Program-made: the position numbers and the translations under genes | Notes under the pieces: generated by a model | What the model was told of the DNA's origin: nothing | The model's database searches: none | What the model saw: only the letters and a program-made list of their open reading frames with translations | In this document: piece by piece, positions 1-9,889 of the stretch | Numbering within the stretch: the first letter of the stretch is position 1 | How the letters are laid out: the number at the start of each line of letters is the position of its first letter | Virus record (IMG/VR): IMGVR_UViG_3300042197_001803 | Coordinates: 1-64,000 of that record | Direction: 5' to 3' (one strand) | DNA: 64,000 bases | DNA from: an uncultured virus (IMG/VR IMGVR_UViG_3300042197_001803) | Taxonomy: Duplodnaviria; Heunggongvirae; Uroviricota; Caudoviricetes

Positions 1-3
1 ATA

Positions 4-129
4 TTATTCTTCTTTTATTATTGTATAATCCAATATATTACCTTCACTATCTAACCATTTAACACATTCTTCATATGTTTGATATGTTTGGATTATGTTA
101 CCCGATTTTATTTCAATTATACTATACAT
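4..129 (-). CDS. small hypothetical protein (41 aa, not in ORF track)
   Basis: ATG 129 to TAA 4, MYSIIEIKSGNIIQTYQTYEECVKWLD...; follows the 132-1031 gene after a 2-nt gap. Confidence 0.6.
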   Translation of the reverse strand: MYSIIEIKSGNIIQTYQTYEECVKWLDSEGNILDYTIIKEE

Positions 130-131
130 TT

Positions 132-1031
132 TTAATAAAATTTAAGTGTTAAAGTTTGTGTTGCGGCGTTAACTGTCGTCCCAATACCACCCCAATTTGA
201 ATTATTAATCCATGGTCTTAAAGCTGCGGTACTACTACCGCTACACAACGCAACATTAGCGAATTCGACCGCTCCGTTTGCCGCACCGCCAGCTCTACAA
301 TTACAACAACCTACATTCCATGTTACACCACTAATATTTGTTGAGAAGTTGACACCTGTTGTACCTGTTCTTAAAGCATCTGCAAGTTGTTGGACTTTAA
401 CATTGTCTGTTATTGTAGTGTACCCTTGTCCGTTAGAACTTGTAAAATCAAATTTTGTATAAGTACCTGTTAATTGACTTCTAAAGGTTGTCCAAGCAGT
501 CTCTATCGCCACACCAGGTGACTGTCCTCCTGTGAATGTTTGTGAGAATATTACCGCACCTCCCGATGAAGGCGTACTACTTGGTGTTGGTGTTACAGTT
601 GGAGTTACGGTACTAGTTGGTGTTATTGTAACTGTAGGTGTAATAGTAGGTGTTGGTGTTGGTGTAGGTGAAACACTAATCCATGAAGTCCAATATCCAT
701 TATTATTAAGATATGTTTTACATTCATTACCTGTTGTAAAACTTTGTACAAATAATTGGTTAACTAAATCAACAAAAGATTGTTCAGTTTTTAACTCACT
801 CATTTCAAATCCAACGTACGCAGGTATTCCTAAATCATTTGGTTGTGAACCATTTGGTACTGGTAAGGTTATGACATAACCTAAATCTTCATCAGGTCCA
901 CTCCACCACTGAACACCACCAGGTTGTTCTGAGTAATCTAAAGGGTCAACACCAATCGCTAAGTCACCAAGTTGTTCAGTACCTGAAATTGTATTACCTG
1001 TATTATATGCGAATGGTCTTGCGGTCGGCAT
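132..1031 (-). CDS. two-domain protein with Pro/Thr linker, probably virion surface or tail-associated
   Basis: PTPTPTPTITPTVTITPT linker between two G/T/N-rich domains. Confidence 0.55.
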   Translation of the reverse strand: MPTARPFAYNTGNTISGTEQLGDLAIGVDPLDYSEQPGGVQWWSGPDEDLGYVITLPVPNGSQPNDLGIPAYVGFEMSELKTEQSFVDLVNQLFVQSFTTGNECKTYLNNNGYWTSWISVSPTPTPTPTITPTVTITPTSTVTPTVTPTPSSTPSSGGAVIFSQTFTGGQSPGVAIETAWTTFRSQLTGTYTKFDFTSSNGQGYTTITDNVKVQQLADALRTGTTGVNFSTNISGVTWNVGCCNCRAGGAANGAVEFANVALCSGSSTAALRPWINNSNWGGIGTTVNAATQTLTLKFY

Positions 1032-1044
1032 TTAGTAAAATAAA

Positions 1045-1494
1045 TTATATTTCTTTTATTTTTATAACTTTAGCACCTTTACCATTTTGTTTTAATGTTA
1101 TTTCTTTTTCATTTGGGTAAAGAATGTTGTTTGATATTGTACTTTGAGCGTCAATTAATGATTTATTTGCTATTACCGTTAATAAAAATTTTTTCTCACC
1201 GTAACCTAAAGCATATTCATGATATCCAATTAAATTTTCATAATCCATAGAATAATGTTTTCCTGGTTGTTTTGTGTTTATGTCAGATTCATTATCGACA
1301 TAAACAACACGGTATAGTTTTAATTCATTTGGTAATGACTTAAACCATTTAATGTGAGAATCTAATTCTTCTTCAGCGTCTTCAGGACTATAATCCATAA
1401 CTTGCAAGTCGTGTAATAAACTACTACGGTTAACTTTAAACTCCAATAATGTATTAGTCTCTTCTTTTAGTATTTTTTCAATAATTTTTTTCAT
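1045..1494 (-). CDS. putative ADP-ribosyltransferase-fold protein
   Basis: LYR...HYS...EKE spacing resembles the R-S-ExE ART triad; N-terminal ILKEE leader. Confidence 0.4.
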   Translation of the reverse strand: MKKIIEKILKEETNTLLEFKVNRSSLLHDLQVMDYSPEDAEEELDSHIKWFKSLPNELKLYRVVYVDNESDINTKQPGKHYSMDYENLIGYHEYALGYGEKKFLLTVIANKSLIDAQSTISNNILYPNEKEITLKQNGKGAKVIKIKEI

Positions 1495-1913
1495 ACTAAC
1501 CTGTCTTTAACAATATTTAACAACTCTTCAGAAAACGGTCTTCCATGTCTGTTTTCAAACTCGTCCTCAAGTCTTTCAGTTGACATACCTTTACTCTTTA
1601 ATAAAATATACGCGCCTAAATCAGCTTCAATTTCATCTTGTTCTGACCTTGGCCCATCATGTCCCAAAATAAGGTGAGCCACTTCATGAGCCTCAATAAA
1701 TTTCATGTCATCAAATGTAAAACCATCATCACTTAAAAATATCTCACCGTCAATAAAAATAGTTTTAAATTCAGGTGCTAAAAAACCATAACCATATGAA
1801 TTAAAAATGTCTTTGATTATTGGGTAGTTTGGGTTTTGTTTAAATATAACATTGATATTCAAATTGGGTATAAAACTACTTTTATATGACACTAAATCAT
1901 CATTTTCTTCCAT
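1491..1913 (-). CDS. HExxH zinc metallopeptidase-like protein (ImmA/IrrE-like)
   Basis: AHEVAH followed by EIEAD. Confidence 0.6.
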   Translation of the reverse strand: MEENDDLVSYKSSFIPNLNINVIFKQNPNYPIIKDIFNSYGYGFLAPEFKTIFIDGEIFLSDDGFTFDDMKFIEAHEVAHLILGHDGPRSEQDEIEADLGAYILLKSKGMSTERLEDEFENRHGRPFSEELLNIVKDRLV

Positions 1914-1952
1914 AACTATAAATACTTACGACTTTCATAATATTTATATAGT

Positions 1953-2324
1953 ATGTTTAATAGATTTGTCACATATTCCAAAGAAATCGTAGACTCTTAT
2001 TTTTCAGATAAAGAAACGAAAAAAGAGATGTTAAGTGAGATGTTTGGTGAAATATCTAACACACTACTAAAAGCAAGTATAGAACTTGAGGATAACAAAT
2101 TTCCAGAGGAAAGTTGTATAATTATGAAAGATTTAACAGAATCTATATTAAAACAAACCAATTACGGTAAAAAAGATAGATATATAATTAAGCTACATAA
2201 AATGTTGAGTGATTGTAGTAATTTGAAAAATAAATACGAAAGAAATGAAATTCCTATGATGATTTGTGATTTACGTAAATCGTCTAAAGAATTTAAAGCC
2301 TTATCTATGGCGGTTAGTTTATAA
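1953..2324 (+). CDS. hypothetical protein
   Basis: 123-aa ORF; TATTTAT at 1941-1947. Confidence 0.65.
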   Translation: MFNRFVTYSKEIVDSYFSDKETKKEMLSEMFGEISNTLLKASIELEDNKFPEESCIIMKDLTESILKQTNYGKKDRYIIKLHKMLSDCSNLKNKYERNEIPMMICDLRKSSKEFKALSMAVSL

Positions 2325-2325
2325 T

Positions 2326-3060
2326 TTAATCGTCCACCCACCATTTAATTCTTTCACCTTTTTGGTTATAAAAATCAATATTTGCAGAAGTAAACATGTA
2401 GTCTCTATCTAAAAGTAATGGGTTGTTCCAAAAAAAATTTAATATATCGTCAGGAAAATCATGATTTATATAATCAAAAAAATTATCATCATCAATTACC
2501 TCAGCCATAACTTCTTTAAGTTTTTTGTTGTCAATTTCGACACCTTCATATTTTGGATTTAATAACTTAACATTTAAATCAATTCTTAAGTGTTCATCAT
2601 CGTCCATGACAGCGCCTTCGTAAGTTGTGGTGCAAACACTTTCAATACCTAAAATATTGAAATTAGTAATTAATTTTGATAATCTTTTTATATGTTCCAC
2701 ATCCTCTCGGTTCATTAAAACATCTCTATATTGTCTATATTTGAATTGACTGTCACTATCTTTTTCTATTATTTCACCTTCGTAAGAAACATAAATTTTG
2801 TTAAATAAATTTTTAAAATAATCACGATTGATATAATAATCATTATTTTTTGAGGGGATAAATTTAAGAAAGTCGTGTATTAAATCATCTTTAACACCTT
2901 TAATAACTTGCAAATTTACTGACAATTTTTTTGGGTTTTCAAAATTTAAAATAACAATACCGTCTTCATTTAAAATTGTTGAGTATTCTAAACCGTGAAA
3001 GTCTTTTTTTTCACGACTTAAAAATTTATCATAAAATATTGACAGTAATCTTGGATTCAT
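2326..3060 (-). CDS. hypothetical protein
   Basis: 244-aa ORF tightly packed behind 3063-4256. Confidence 0.75.
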   Translation of the reverse strand: MNPRLLSIFYDKFLSREKKDFHGLEYSTILNEDGIVILNFENPKKLSVNLQVIKGVKDDLIHDFLKFIPSKNNDYYINRDYFKNLFNKIYVSYEGEIIEKDSDSQFKYRQYRDVLMNREDVEHIKRLSKLITNFNILGIESVCTTTYEGAVMDDDEHLRIDLNVKLLNPKYEGVEIDNKKLKEVMAEVIDDDNFFDYINHDFPDDILNFFWNNPLLLDRDYMFTSANIDFYNQKGERIKWWVDD

Positions 3061-3062
3061 AA

Positions 3063-4256
3063 TTATTTAGTTTCTTTACCACAAGCGTTTATGTCTTTCA
3101 TATATGCTGTTTGGTCTTTTCCTGTTGGGGTTGATGCTTGATAATTGAATACTTGACCTTTACCATTTGTAACTTTAATATCACCAGCCCCTTCATGACA
3201 TCCATTACCCCATTTGTGGTGACTTTCATTATTATAATTTCTACAAGTTGCTCCGATTCTAAATTTAGGTGTCTGACCAGGTTTTGTATTAGGTATTGTT
3301 GCGGATAATATTTTGTTGGCTAAATCAGGACTAACAATAAATTTATTATACCTCATACAGGTTTTATCGGTATTACCACTACCTGTACAAGTACCAGGAT
3401 TGTTATCATATGGGTCAGGAGTACCATCTTTTCTTTTAGCGTTATTTAAACTGGCATATTTTTTACCGTCATCTCTTGTTAGTGGAACATCATTTAATGT
3501 TATCTCATATACAGAACTATTACATTTATGACCTTTGCTTAAGTCCGTATAATTAATTTCAATAACCATGTTATCTAAACATTCTTTAATTGTGGTTAAC
3601 TCCTCTAACTTAAGTTTAACTCGTAGGTATTGAGCGTTAATATATTCATTAAGCTGTGTCGCATAATCAGTTTGTTTTCCATTAAACCAATTTTTAATTC
3701 CATTACCTGGGTCAAAAGTTTTTGATAAACATACATAACCTTGTTTGTCATCAGCAGGTATTTTATTTGAAGGACAAAAAGGTTGTCCAATCCATTTAGG
3801 ACCACCGACATCACCTTGAGGGTTAACTACTTTGAATGATGGTAATGTTAACAATAACTTTTGATTGACATATGACTGTAGTTGTTTTGTAATGTAATTT
3901 TGAATTGTTGCTGTTCTTTTCTTGGATAAAGTTCCAGGTTCAACTCTAGTACCACCCTTTTCATTATCAGTATTTGGGATTCTTGATTCTCCTCCCCCTA
4001 ACATAACGCTAACCATGTAAGCCTTTCCTTGACCATTTTTTAAAAATTCAGTTACCTTAGCTAGTTCAGGGTCTAAAGTATTTTTAAAATCCGCATATGT
4101 TTCACTATAATAACCTCCTTTGAATGTAACTCTAACATCAACTTCCAACGTTTTACTTGGTTGGGTGTTATCTGTCGCTTGTTCAGATAAAATACCGTAT
4201 TGTTTGAGTATATCCTTCTTTTCTGATTCAGTTATCAAAAACTTCTTAATGTTCAT
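3063..4256 (-). CDS. Cys-rich hypothetical protein, probably virion-associated, with weak OmpA-C-like segment
   Basis: MNIKKFLITESEK leader; ESRIPN...LSKKR segment; TATTTAT at 4270-4276. Confidence 0.6.
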   Translation of the reverse strand: MNIKKFLITESEKKDILKQYGILSEQATDNTQPSKTLEVDVRVTFKGGYYSETYADFKNTLDPELAKVTEFLKNGQGKAYMVSVMLGGGESRIPNTDNEKGGTRVEPGTLSKKRTATIQNYITKQLQSYVNQKLLLTLPSFKVVNPQGDVGGPKWIGQPFCPSNKIPADDKQGYVCLSKTFDPGNGIKNWFNGKQTDYATQLNEYINAQYLRVKLKLEELTTIKECLDNMVIEINYTDLSKGHKCNSSVYEITLNDVPLTRDDGKKYASLNNAKRKDGTPDPYDNNPGTCTGSGNTDKTCMRYNKFIVSPDLANKILSATIPNTKPGQTPKFRIGATCRNYNNESHHKWGNGCHEGAGDIKVTNGKGQVFNYQASTPTGKDQTAYMKDINACGKETK

Positions 4257-4300
4257 TCAAATTTTTATTATAAATACTTTGTGGATTCAGTTTATTTACC

Positions 4301-4308
4301 TATCTTTG
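4301..4308 (+). promoter_or_regulatory. Bacteroidota-type -7 promoter element (TAnnTTTG)
   Basis: TATCTTTG, with TTTG at 4278-4281 as candidate -33 element, upstream of 4330 gene. Confidence 0.7.
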
Positions 4309-4329
4309 TAATACAAAATAGTTAAAGAT

Positions 4330-4581
4330 ATGAGAAAGTCATTATATATATTACTCGCATTACTAATCGTATGGTTGTTAAGTTCTTGCAAGACCACTTT
4401 TATTGGTAAGCCTAAAACTTATTACACTAAGTATATGGTTAACTACAAAAACGGTCAATCTCAAGTTTTAATTTATCCTCATCATTGGGACGTAATGTCT
4501 ATGATTGATACTACAGGTGAACTTAAGCTTGACCACATTGATACTTTACAATACAAAGTAAAACAAAAGGACTTAAATTAA
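4330..4581 (+). CDS. small putative lipoprotein
   Basis: MRK + hydrophobic stretch + LLSSC lipobox. Confidence 0.7.
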   Translation: MRKSLYILLALLIVWLLSSCKTTFIGKPKTYYTKYMVNYKNGQSQVLIYPHHWDVMSMIDTTGELKLDHIDTLQYKVKQKDLN

Positions 4582-4605
4582 AAAAGGGGTTTTAAACCCC
4601 TTTTT
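4581..4605. terminator. bidirectional intrinsic terminator
   Basis: AAAAAGGGGTTT-T-AAACCCCTTTTT between convergent genes. Confidence 0.85.
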
Positions 4606-4607
4606 GT

Positions 4608-5630
4608 TTATAAATAATCTCCGAACATTTCGTTAATATATCTATCCACTAACCTTGAGTCAGGATAATCAGGAATCCTAAAGTCTAAAAAATCATACCC
4701 ACTCATTTCGTCCATCATTTTTGTTAGTATACCTGTAAAACTACCATGATATTCCATTAAATCATCGTTGTAATGACTATCTTTGTAGGTTTCTAAATAA
4801 TCATAAATAATTTGGTGTAAATCTTTGATTTTTATGTATTCATCATATCTTGTTTTTTCACCAACTTTAACGGTTTCAGTATGGAATTTGGGTTCAAAGT
4901 ATGTTGATATCTCATCCATAACATCTTTCCATACTTCATCAGTATATGCGGTATTATAAGCATTACCGTGTAAACCGTATAACTCGGAATTAATCGTATC
5001 TAACTCATATTTGAGTAGATATTTCATAGTTTCCTCGTCATCAACAACTCTATCAATATTTTCAGATGTAACAAAAAAATGGTCATCGTGTCCTTGTTCT
5101 GACGCAATCAACTCCATTTCTTCAGACGCCTTACTATTAAGTTCAATTGATATATTTTTTAATTCATTTAGAACTCTTTCTTTAAAATATTTTAAATTAT
5201 CAGGGGTTAACTCTTCAATAACATCTCTATAAACATCATCAGTGGTATCATAATATGGCTCCCACCAATCTTCACCCATAATATTCTTTACCAAATCTCT
5301 GGTATTTTCATATCTAGTTTCTTTAAAAAACTCAGAAATCTCTTCTCTATCACGTAATCTTAAATAATAACCATCACTCTTTTTATGGATATCAGTTAAA
5401 GTGTTGTCTACAATATAATCAATAACTTTTTCAGGGTTTTCTTGGAGTAGTGTGAAAGCAAAATTATTATATTGTTCGTCAGGTATGTTTTTTAAAGTTA
5501 ACTCACTTTCTAAACCATTTTTTTTTAAGTATTTATAAAAATTATCAAAACTACCAAAAAAAGGTTTAATTTCATCCCACCCACCATCGTGTAAGGTTTC
5601 TAACATATTTAAAGCCGATTCTCTACTCAT
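4608..5630 (-). CDS. acidic hypothetical protein
   Basis: 340-aa D/E/Y-rich ORF; TATTTAT at 5647 and 5659. Confidence 0.75.
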   Translation of the reverse strand: MSRESALNMLETLHDGGWDEIKPFFGSFDNFYKYLKKNGLESELTLKNIPDEQYNNFAFTLLQENPEKVIDYIVDNTLTDIHKKSDGYYLRLRDREEISEFFKETRYENTRDLVKNIMGEDWWEPYYDTTDDVYRDVIEELTPDNLKYFKERVLNELKNISIELNSKASEEMELIASEQGHDDHFFVTSENIDRVVDDEETMKYLLKYELDTINSELYGLHGNAYNTAYTDEVWKDVMDEISTYFEPKFHTETVKVGEKTRYDEYIKIKDLHQIIYDYLETYKDSHYNDDLMEYHGSFTGILTKMMDEMSGYDFLDFRIPDYPDSRLVDRYINEMFGDYL

Positions 5631-5664
5631 TAGTAATCAATATAAGATAAATATATTGATAAAT

Positions 5665-5692
5665 AAAAAACCCCTAACTAAGTAGGGGTTTT
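5665..5692 (-). terminator. intrinsic terminator
   Basis: AAAACCCCTA/TAGGGGTTTT inverted repeat with T-tract after the 5705 gene. Confidence 0.8.
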
Positions 5693-5704
5693 AAGTTTAT
5701 CGGT

Positions 5705-5926
5705 TTAATTATGGATTAGTTCATGTTGAATTAACAATAGTCGGTATTTTAATTCTGACTTAATTTCACTTCTTATTATAATATCAACATTATTATTTTT
5801 CATCTGTTCGTAAAAATTGTTAATTAATTTTGACGCAACAATTGTTTGGGGATAGGTAATACAAGAGTCAATTACTTTTTCAACCCAACTTTTAACATCC
5901 ATATAGTGATTACTTTTATTATTCAT
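5705..5926 (-). CDS. hypothetical protein
   Basis: 73-aa ORF in operon; WVEKVIDSC. Confidence 0.65.
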   Translation of the reverse strand: MNNKSNHYMDVKSWVEKVIDSCITYPQTIVASKLINNFYEQMKNNNVDIIIRSEIKSELKYRLLLIQHELIHN

Positions 5927-5927
5927 T

Positions 5928-6137
5928 TTATTTAATTATTGTCGTTATAAAACCTGTCTTTTCAATCTTTTTAATAATCTGTTCAGGAGTTTCAATAACT
6001 CTATAGTAATTTTGGGAACCAAAAGCCATTGTTATCAAAGTATGGTCACTTCTTTGGTCAATACCTTCAATAAAAGTAGCATTTAAATATACAATTTTTT
6101 CATCTGTCTGAGTTACGGATATAAAATTATTTGTCAT
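5928..6137 (-). CDS. small beta-rich protein, FlbD-like; likely start ATG 6137
   Basis: VYLNATFIEGI...VIETPEQI pattern; TAAATTTG element at 6150-6157 overlaps the track's TTG start. Confidence 0.5.
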   Translation of the reverse strand: MTNNFISVTQTDEKIVYLNATFIEGIDQRSDHTLITMAFGSQNYYRVIETPEQIIKKIEKTGFITTIIK

Positions 6138-6171
6138 AGTTTTTATTTTCAAATTTAATAAATTTATTTAA

Positions 6172-6858
6172 TTAATCCAAACTATTAGGAAGATATAATA
6201 GTGTGGGATTTTTCTTTTGAATATCAATTTCAGGGTATCTTTTTTTAAATTCCATGACATCGAATTTTTCAGTGATAATGTGAAATCCATTTTTAGTTGG
6301 TATTGTCATAAGCCATTTAGGGGCTCTTTCATATGTGATTACAACACCAGATGAAGTATGTGTGTGAATCTCGCTTCTATTAACAAACGGTGGACATTCT
6401 TCATTGATATAATTTATAACCTCAGTTAAATGATTTATATCATTACTATCAATATCAACAATCCATCGTTTTTCCAATGTTTTAATTTGTCCAACAACTG
6501 AATCAAAAACGTGTTGTTGGTTTATCTGTCCACTTTGGATTCTATGTACAATCTCGGTTATCATATTCATTGCAACATCCTTGTGATTTTGTTTTTGAAT
6601 ATGTATATACGCACGAGCCTTAAAGATTTCACATAACTGTTTAATCTCATCGTATCGTTTATCGAGATATTCGATACTTTCTACACAATATGTTTTTATA
6701 GTGCGAACTGACTGATGATTGTCTCGTTCACCTTCAGGTTGGTCTTTCTTCCTTTTGAAAACATATAACATATAAAAGTCACCTTTATTTTCAAAATTCA
6801 AAAGAGGTTTAATTATTTCTATATTGTCAATCATAGTTCCATTGTTGGTTTTAACCAC
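6172..6858 (-). CDS. conserved phage protein with AEP/primase-like motifs
   Basis: WIVDID (hhhDhD) and PTKNGFHII (sxH) motifs. Confidence 0.45.
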   Translation of the reverse strand: MVKTNNGTMIDNIEIIKPLLNFENKGDFYMLYVFKRKKDQPEGERDNHQSVRTIKTYCVESIEYLDKRYDEIKQLCEIFKARAYIHIQKQNHKDVAMNMITEIVHRIQSGQINQQHVFDSVVGQIKTLEKRWIVDIDSNDINHLTEVINYINEECPPFVNRSEIHTHTSSGVVITYERAPKWLMTIPTKNGFHIITEKFDVMEFKKRYPEIDIQKKNPTLLYLPNSLD

Positions 6859-7574
6859 ATTCCTCTACCAAACATAATCTGAATAAGTTTTGGATTTATG
6901 CGGTTTATGTCATAAAATAAGTCTAAAGATTTAATTGTATCGTGTTTCATCATTTTAAAGACTTCTTCACGAATTCTTTCTTGTGAGACAACCTCTTCAA
7001 GTTTGTTAACAACACTATCCATTAAACAGGTTTCCCAAACTCTTGGTGAAATAACAAACTCTTTTGTAATTGAAAACCTAAAAGCTCTCAAAAGTCTAAG
7101 TGGGTCATCTAACATGGTTATACGAGAATCCAAAGGTGTTATTAACATTCTTGCCTCTAATGCCCACATACCGTCAAAGTAGTCAATAATATTACCATCT
7201 TCATCTTTAGCGAGAGCGTTCAAAGTGAAATCCCTACGAATTAAATCATCGTATAGAGTACCAGGGACGATAATGGGTTGTCTTGTGCCCTCAACATATC
7301 CAATCTCCTTACGAGCCATTACGAAGTCAGCAACACCTTGGTATTTGTGTCCCTTTGGGAACTTAGCTCTGATTGTAAAACACTCAGGTGTTGACAAGAA
7401 AATTTCAAACTTTTCAGAACTAAGATACGTTTCCAAGATAACAAACATTTCGTAAGCATCTTTATATTTGTCTAAAAGATTTTCATTAGGGACGGCAACA
7501 TAGTCAATGTCCTTGGACTTTAAACCAAGAATTTCGTCTCTGACGCAACCACCAACTTCAAAAAAGTTAAACAT
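6831..7574 (-). CDS. cca: CCA-adding enzyme / poly(A) polymerase family nucleotidyltransferase
   Basis: VGGCVRD, KDIDY, DLIRRDFTLNALA, DDPLRLLRAFRF, ERIREE. Confidence 0.9.
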   Translation of the reverse strand: MFNFFEVGGCVRDEILGLKSKDIDYVAVPNENLLDKYKDAYEMFVILETYLSSEKFEIFLSTPECFTIRAKFPKGHKYQGVADFVMARKEIGYVEGTRQPIIVPGTLYDDLIRRDFTLNALAKDEDGNIIDYFDGMWALEARMLITPLDSRITMLDDPLRLLRAFRFSITKEFVISPRVWETCLMDSVVNKLEEVVSQERIREEVFKMMKHDTIKSLDLFYDINRINPKLIQIMFGRGMWLKPTMEL

Positions 7575-7578
7575 AATA

Positions 7579-7586
7579 CAAAGATA
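7579..7586 (-). promoter_or_regulatory. Bacteroidota-type -7 promoter element
   Basis: TATCTTTG 4 nt upstream of the cca ATG. Confidence 0.65.
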
Positions 7587-7590
7587 AGAA

Positions 7591-7800
7591 TTATTTTTGA
7601 ATTAACATATTGGTATTTGAAATAGGTACTCGTAATACTGGCACTACACCGCTATTAGTTTTCATCATGACTTCGTAATAACCATCATTAACTTTAACCG
7701 TTGGTGTGTTAATGAATTGATAAATACATGACGACCCACCTGGATTACCTGAAAATAATTCTGTAATTTTTTCTTCTGTTTTAAAAACTAATGTTTGCAT
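7591..7800 (-). CDS. hypothetical protein
   Basis: 69-aa ORF overlapping upstream gene end. Confidence 0.65.
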   Translation of the reverse strand: MQTLVFKTEEKITELFSGNPGGSSCIYQFINTPTVKVNDGYYEVMMKTNSGVVPVLRVPISNTNMLIQK

Positions 7801-8374
7801 ATTCTTTTATTTTATTTATTAACTTTTTAAATCTTTTTGGTTCTTCTGTTGTGTTATAATTTTTTGGGGTGTTCATCATCTCCCATTCGTATCTCTCTCT
7901 ATTAAATTTAGCGTTACGCCAATCAATAATCCTTTTATATTTATCTTCACTATAAGTAGGCTTGTGTCCAAATACTGAACTACGATTTAACCCCCAAAAC
8001 GCCAAATCATAATATGTACACTTAGTTATGAAAGAACCTTCATCAACTTTAATTTCAAAGTTATTAATTTCTGATAAGTCATACCAAACCAAAACATTCT
8101 CAACTAAATGATAAACAGCCTCCCAAAGTATTTCAGAGTTATTGTACCTATTAGGTACTGAAATTGTAAAATTATACTTTACATTTGGTATCTCACAATT
8201 AAAAGAGTAAGTAACCTTTTCACGAGTTGTTTTGTCCATATCAGATGATACAATTTTTCTTAGTATCTGATTAAGGTGTGTAGTTCTTTTATCCTGACCG
8301 TGAGGGTAAAAAAATTCAGAGCGAGCAATTGTCTCGTTATCCAATAATGGTTTATATCCTATCTCTGTTAACAT
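7781..8374 (-). CDS. hypothetical protein
   Basis: 197-aa ORF; TATCTTTG at 8379-8386. Confidence 0.7.
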   Translation of the reverse strand: MLTEIGYKPLLDNETIARSEFFYPHGQDKRTTHLNQILRKIVSSDMDKTTREKVTYSFNCEIPNVKYNFTISVPNRYNNSEILWEAVYHLVENVLVWYDLSEINNFEIKVDEGSFITKCTYYDLAFWGLNRSSVFGHKPTYSEDKYKRIIDWRNAKFNRERYEWEMMNTPKNYNTTEEPKRFKKLINKIKEYANISF

Positions 8375-8410
8375 AGAACAAAGATACGGAAAAAAAATTA
8401 AATAAGAAAA

Positions 8411-9466
8411 TTATTTTGATAAATCGTAAAGTTTGATAATCTTACGAATCATTTTTTCACCAACTTGGTTGAATAGTTTTATTTCATAATTATAAAACTT
8501 TTCATAGTTATCTCCAAATCTTTCTAAATGTTTTATAAAATTATCGAAGAATATTTGTTTTTCACCTCTGAACCCAAAAATCGCCTCTAAAGGGTGTTGA
8601 GATAAAAATGAAACCATGTTTTGACCTTGCCATGAAATAATATTTTTAAATGCAAGTTCTAAGGTCTTTTCAACTATTTGGTCATCAGAGAGTCCATCAT
8701 AATCAACATCATTATAATCGAATAGTTGTTTTATTTTTGGAATCTCTTCTTTAATTTCGGTTTTAAAGGTATCGTAATTAAAGTTTTTTAAATCAGTTAA
8801 AGTTTTGTAAGTTCTTGTACTTGTTATAAAATTATAAAATTCTTTTTTTGTAATTTGTCCATCATCAATAATAGATGCTAATTCACTTGGTCTAACTAAA
8901 CTTTCAGTAATGTGAGCATAATACATGAAATGTATAAATTTATTTATTGGTGTTATATCACCAAAACCTCTACCTGAAGTTGATTGATACTTAACTCTTG
9001 ACGCTAATGGTGATTTTCTTTTTTTAGAAGAATCGTATCTATGTTTTAGTTCGTGTCCAATTGAACCAATAAATTCAGCTCTTTTACTTTTCATTAAGTT
9101 TTTAATATCAGCGCCTGTGATTTCTTTGGGTCCAACAAACCTAAACTCTAAACCAAAATTATTCTTAACACGACTCTTAAGTTTAAATTTTTTAGTTAAT
9201 TTACTTTCCTCACCTGTGGCCATCCCAATTAATTCAAAGTCGCTGTGTTCTTTGATTTTCATTGAAAAATTAATTTCATTGAATCTGTAATCGGCAATTT
9301 CAAAGTCACCATAAATTGTTTTATTAAATCCGTCAATGTCGTCAAAATCTATATCATCAGGTATCGCGTTGTACACTTCATCATAAACTATTCTAGCTGT
9401 TTTTGTTAAATTTTCAGGAACACCTAAAACTTCGTTTATCATTTTTTTAATTATTTCTTTTGACAT
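8411..9466 (-). CDS. HExxH-containing protein; likely start ATG 9466 (MSKEII)
   Basis: IGHELKH motif; IIKKMINE leader; TATTTAT at 9471-9477. Confidence 0.65.
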   Translation of the reverse strand: MSKEIIKKMINEVLGVPENLTKTARIVYDEVYNAIPDDIDFDDIDGFNKTIYGDFEIADYRFNEINFSMKIKEHSDFELIGMATGEESKLTKKFKLKSRVKNNFGLEFRFVGPKEITGADIKNLMKSKRAEFIGSIGHELKHRYDSSKKRKSPLASRVKYQSTSGRGFGDITPINKFIHFMYYAHITESLVRPSELASIIDDGQITKKEFYNFITSTRTYKTLTDLKNFNYDTFKTEIKEEIPKIKQLFDYNDVDYDGLSDDQIVEKTLELAFKNIISWQGQNMVSFLSQHPLEAIFGFRGEKQIFFDNFIKHLERFGDNYEKFYNYEIKLFNQVGEKMIRKIIKLYDLSK

Positions 9467-9496
9467 ATAAATAAATACCCTAAAAAGTATATTTAT
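9467..9496. promoter_or_regulatory. back-to-back TATTTAT putative phage late promoters
   Basis: ATAAATA 9471-9477 (minus) and TATTTAT 9490-9496 (plus) between divergent genes. Confidence 0.6.
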
Positions 9497-9502
9497 CAAC
9501 AT

Positions 9503-9889
9503 ATGAAAATATTTTTAACCGAATCTAAAGTAAGAGACTCAATATTCAATTATTTAGATGACTCTCCTTTGTTTAAAGATGTTAGTGAACATAGAACAGG
9601 TTATCCTGTCGACGCAAAGGAGTATTTTCAAGAAGTTAGTTGGGGTGAAGATATTGACCCTGATTATGACCATGTATTTACTTATTATAGAGACCCTCAA
9701 TCATATGAAGATATTACAGGTGTTGAGGATTACTATCCTCCTCATGTATTTCCATTAATTGAATTAGATACAAACTACGTATACACACCTTTATCCAATC
9801 TATTTACGGAAGAAATGGTTAAAAAATATGTTAGAGAATGGTTAAACCAAAAATTTGGTTTAGATGCGGTTCATTTAGAACCTAATTAA
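9503..9889 (+). CDS. hypothetical protein
   Basis: MKIFLTES leader, 128 aa. Confidence 0.75.
   Translation: MKIFLTESKVRDSIFNYLDDSPLFKDVSEHRTGYPVDAKEYFQEVSWGEDIDPDYDHVFTYYRDPQSYEDITGVEDYYPPHVFPLIELDTNYVYTPLSNLFTEEMVKKYVREWLNQKFGLDAVHLEPN

Noticed and set aside
532-879. plus-strand GV/TV-repeat ORF and similar antisense ORFs (e.g. 52171-52659, 56506-56877, 23461-23889)
   Set aside because: Shadow frames of well-supported minus-strand genes
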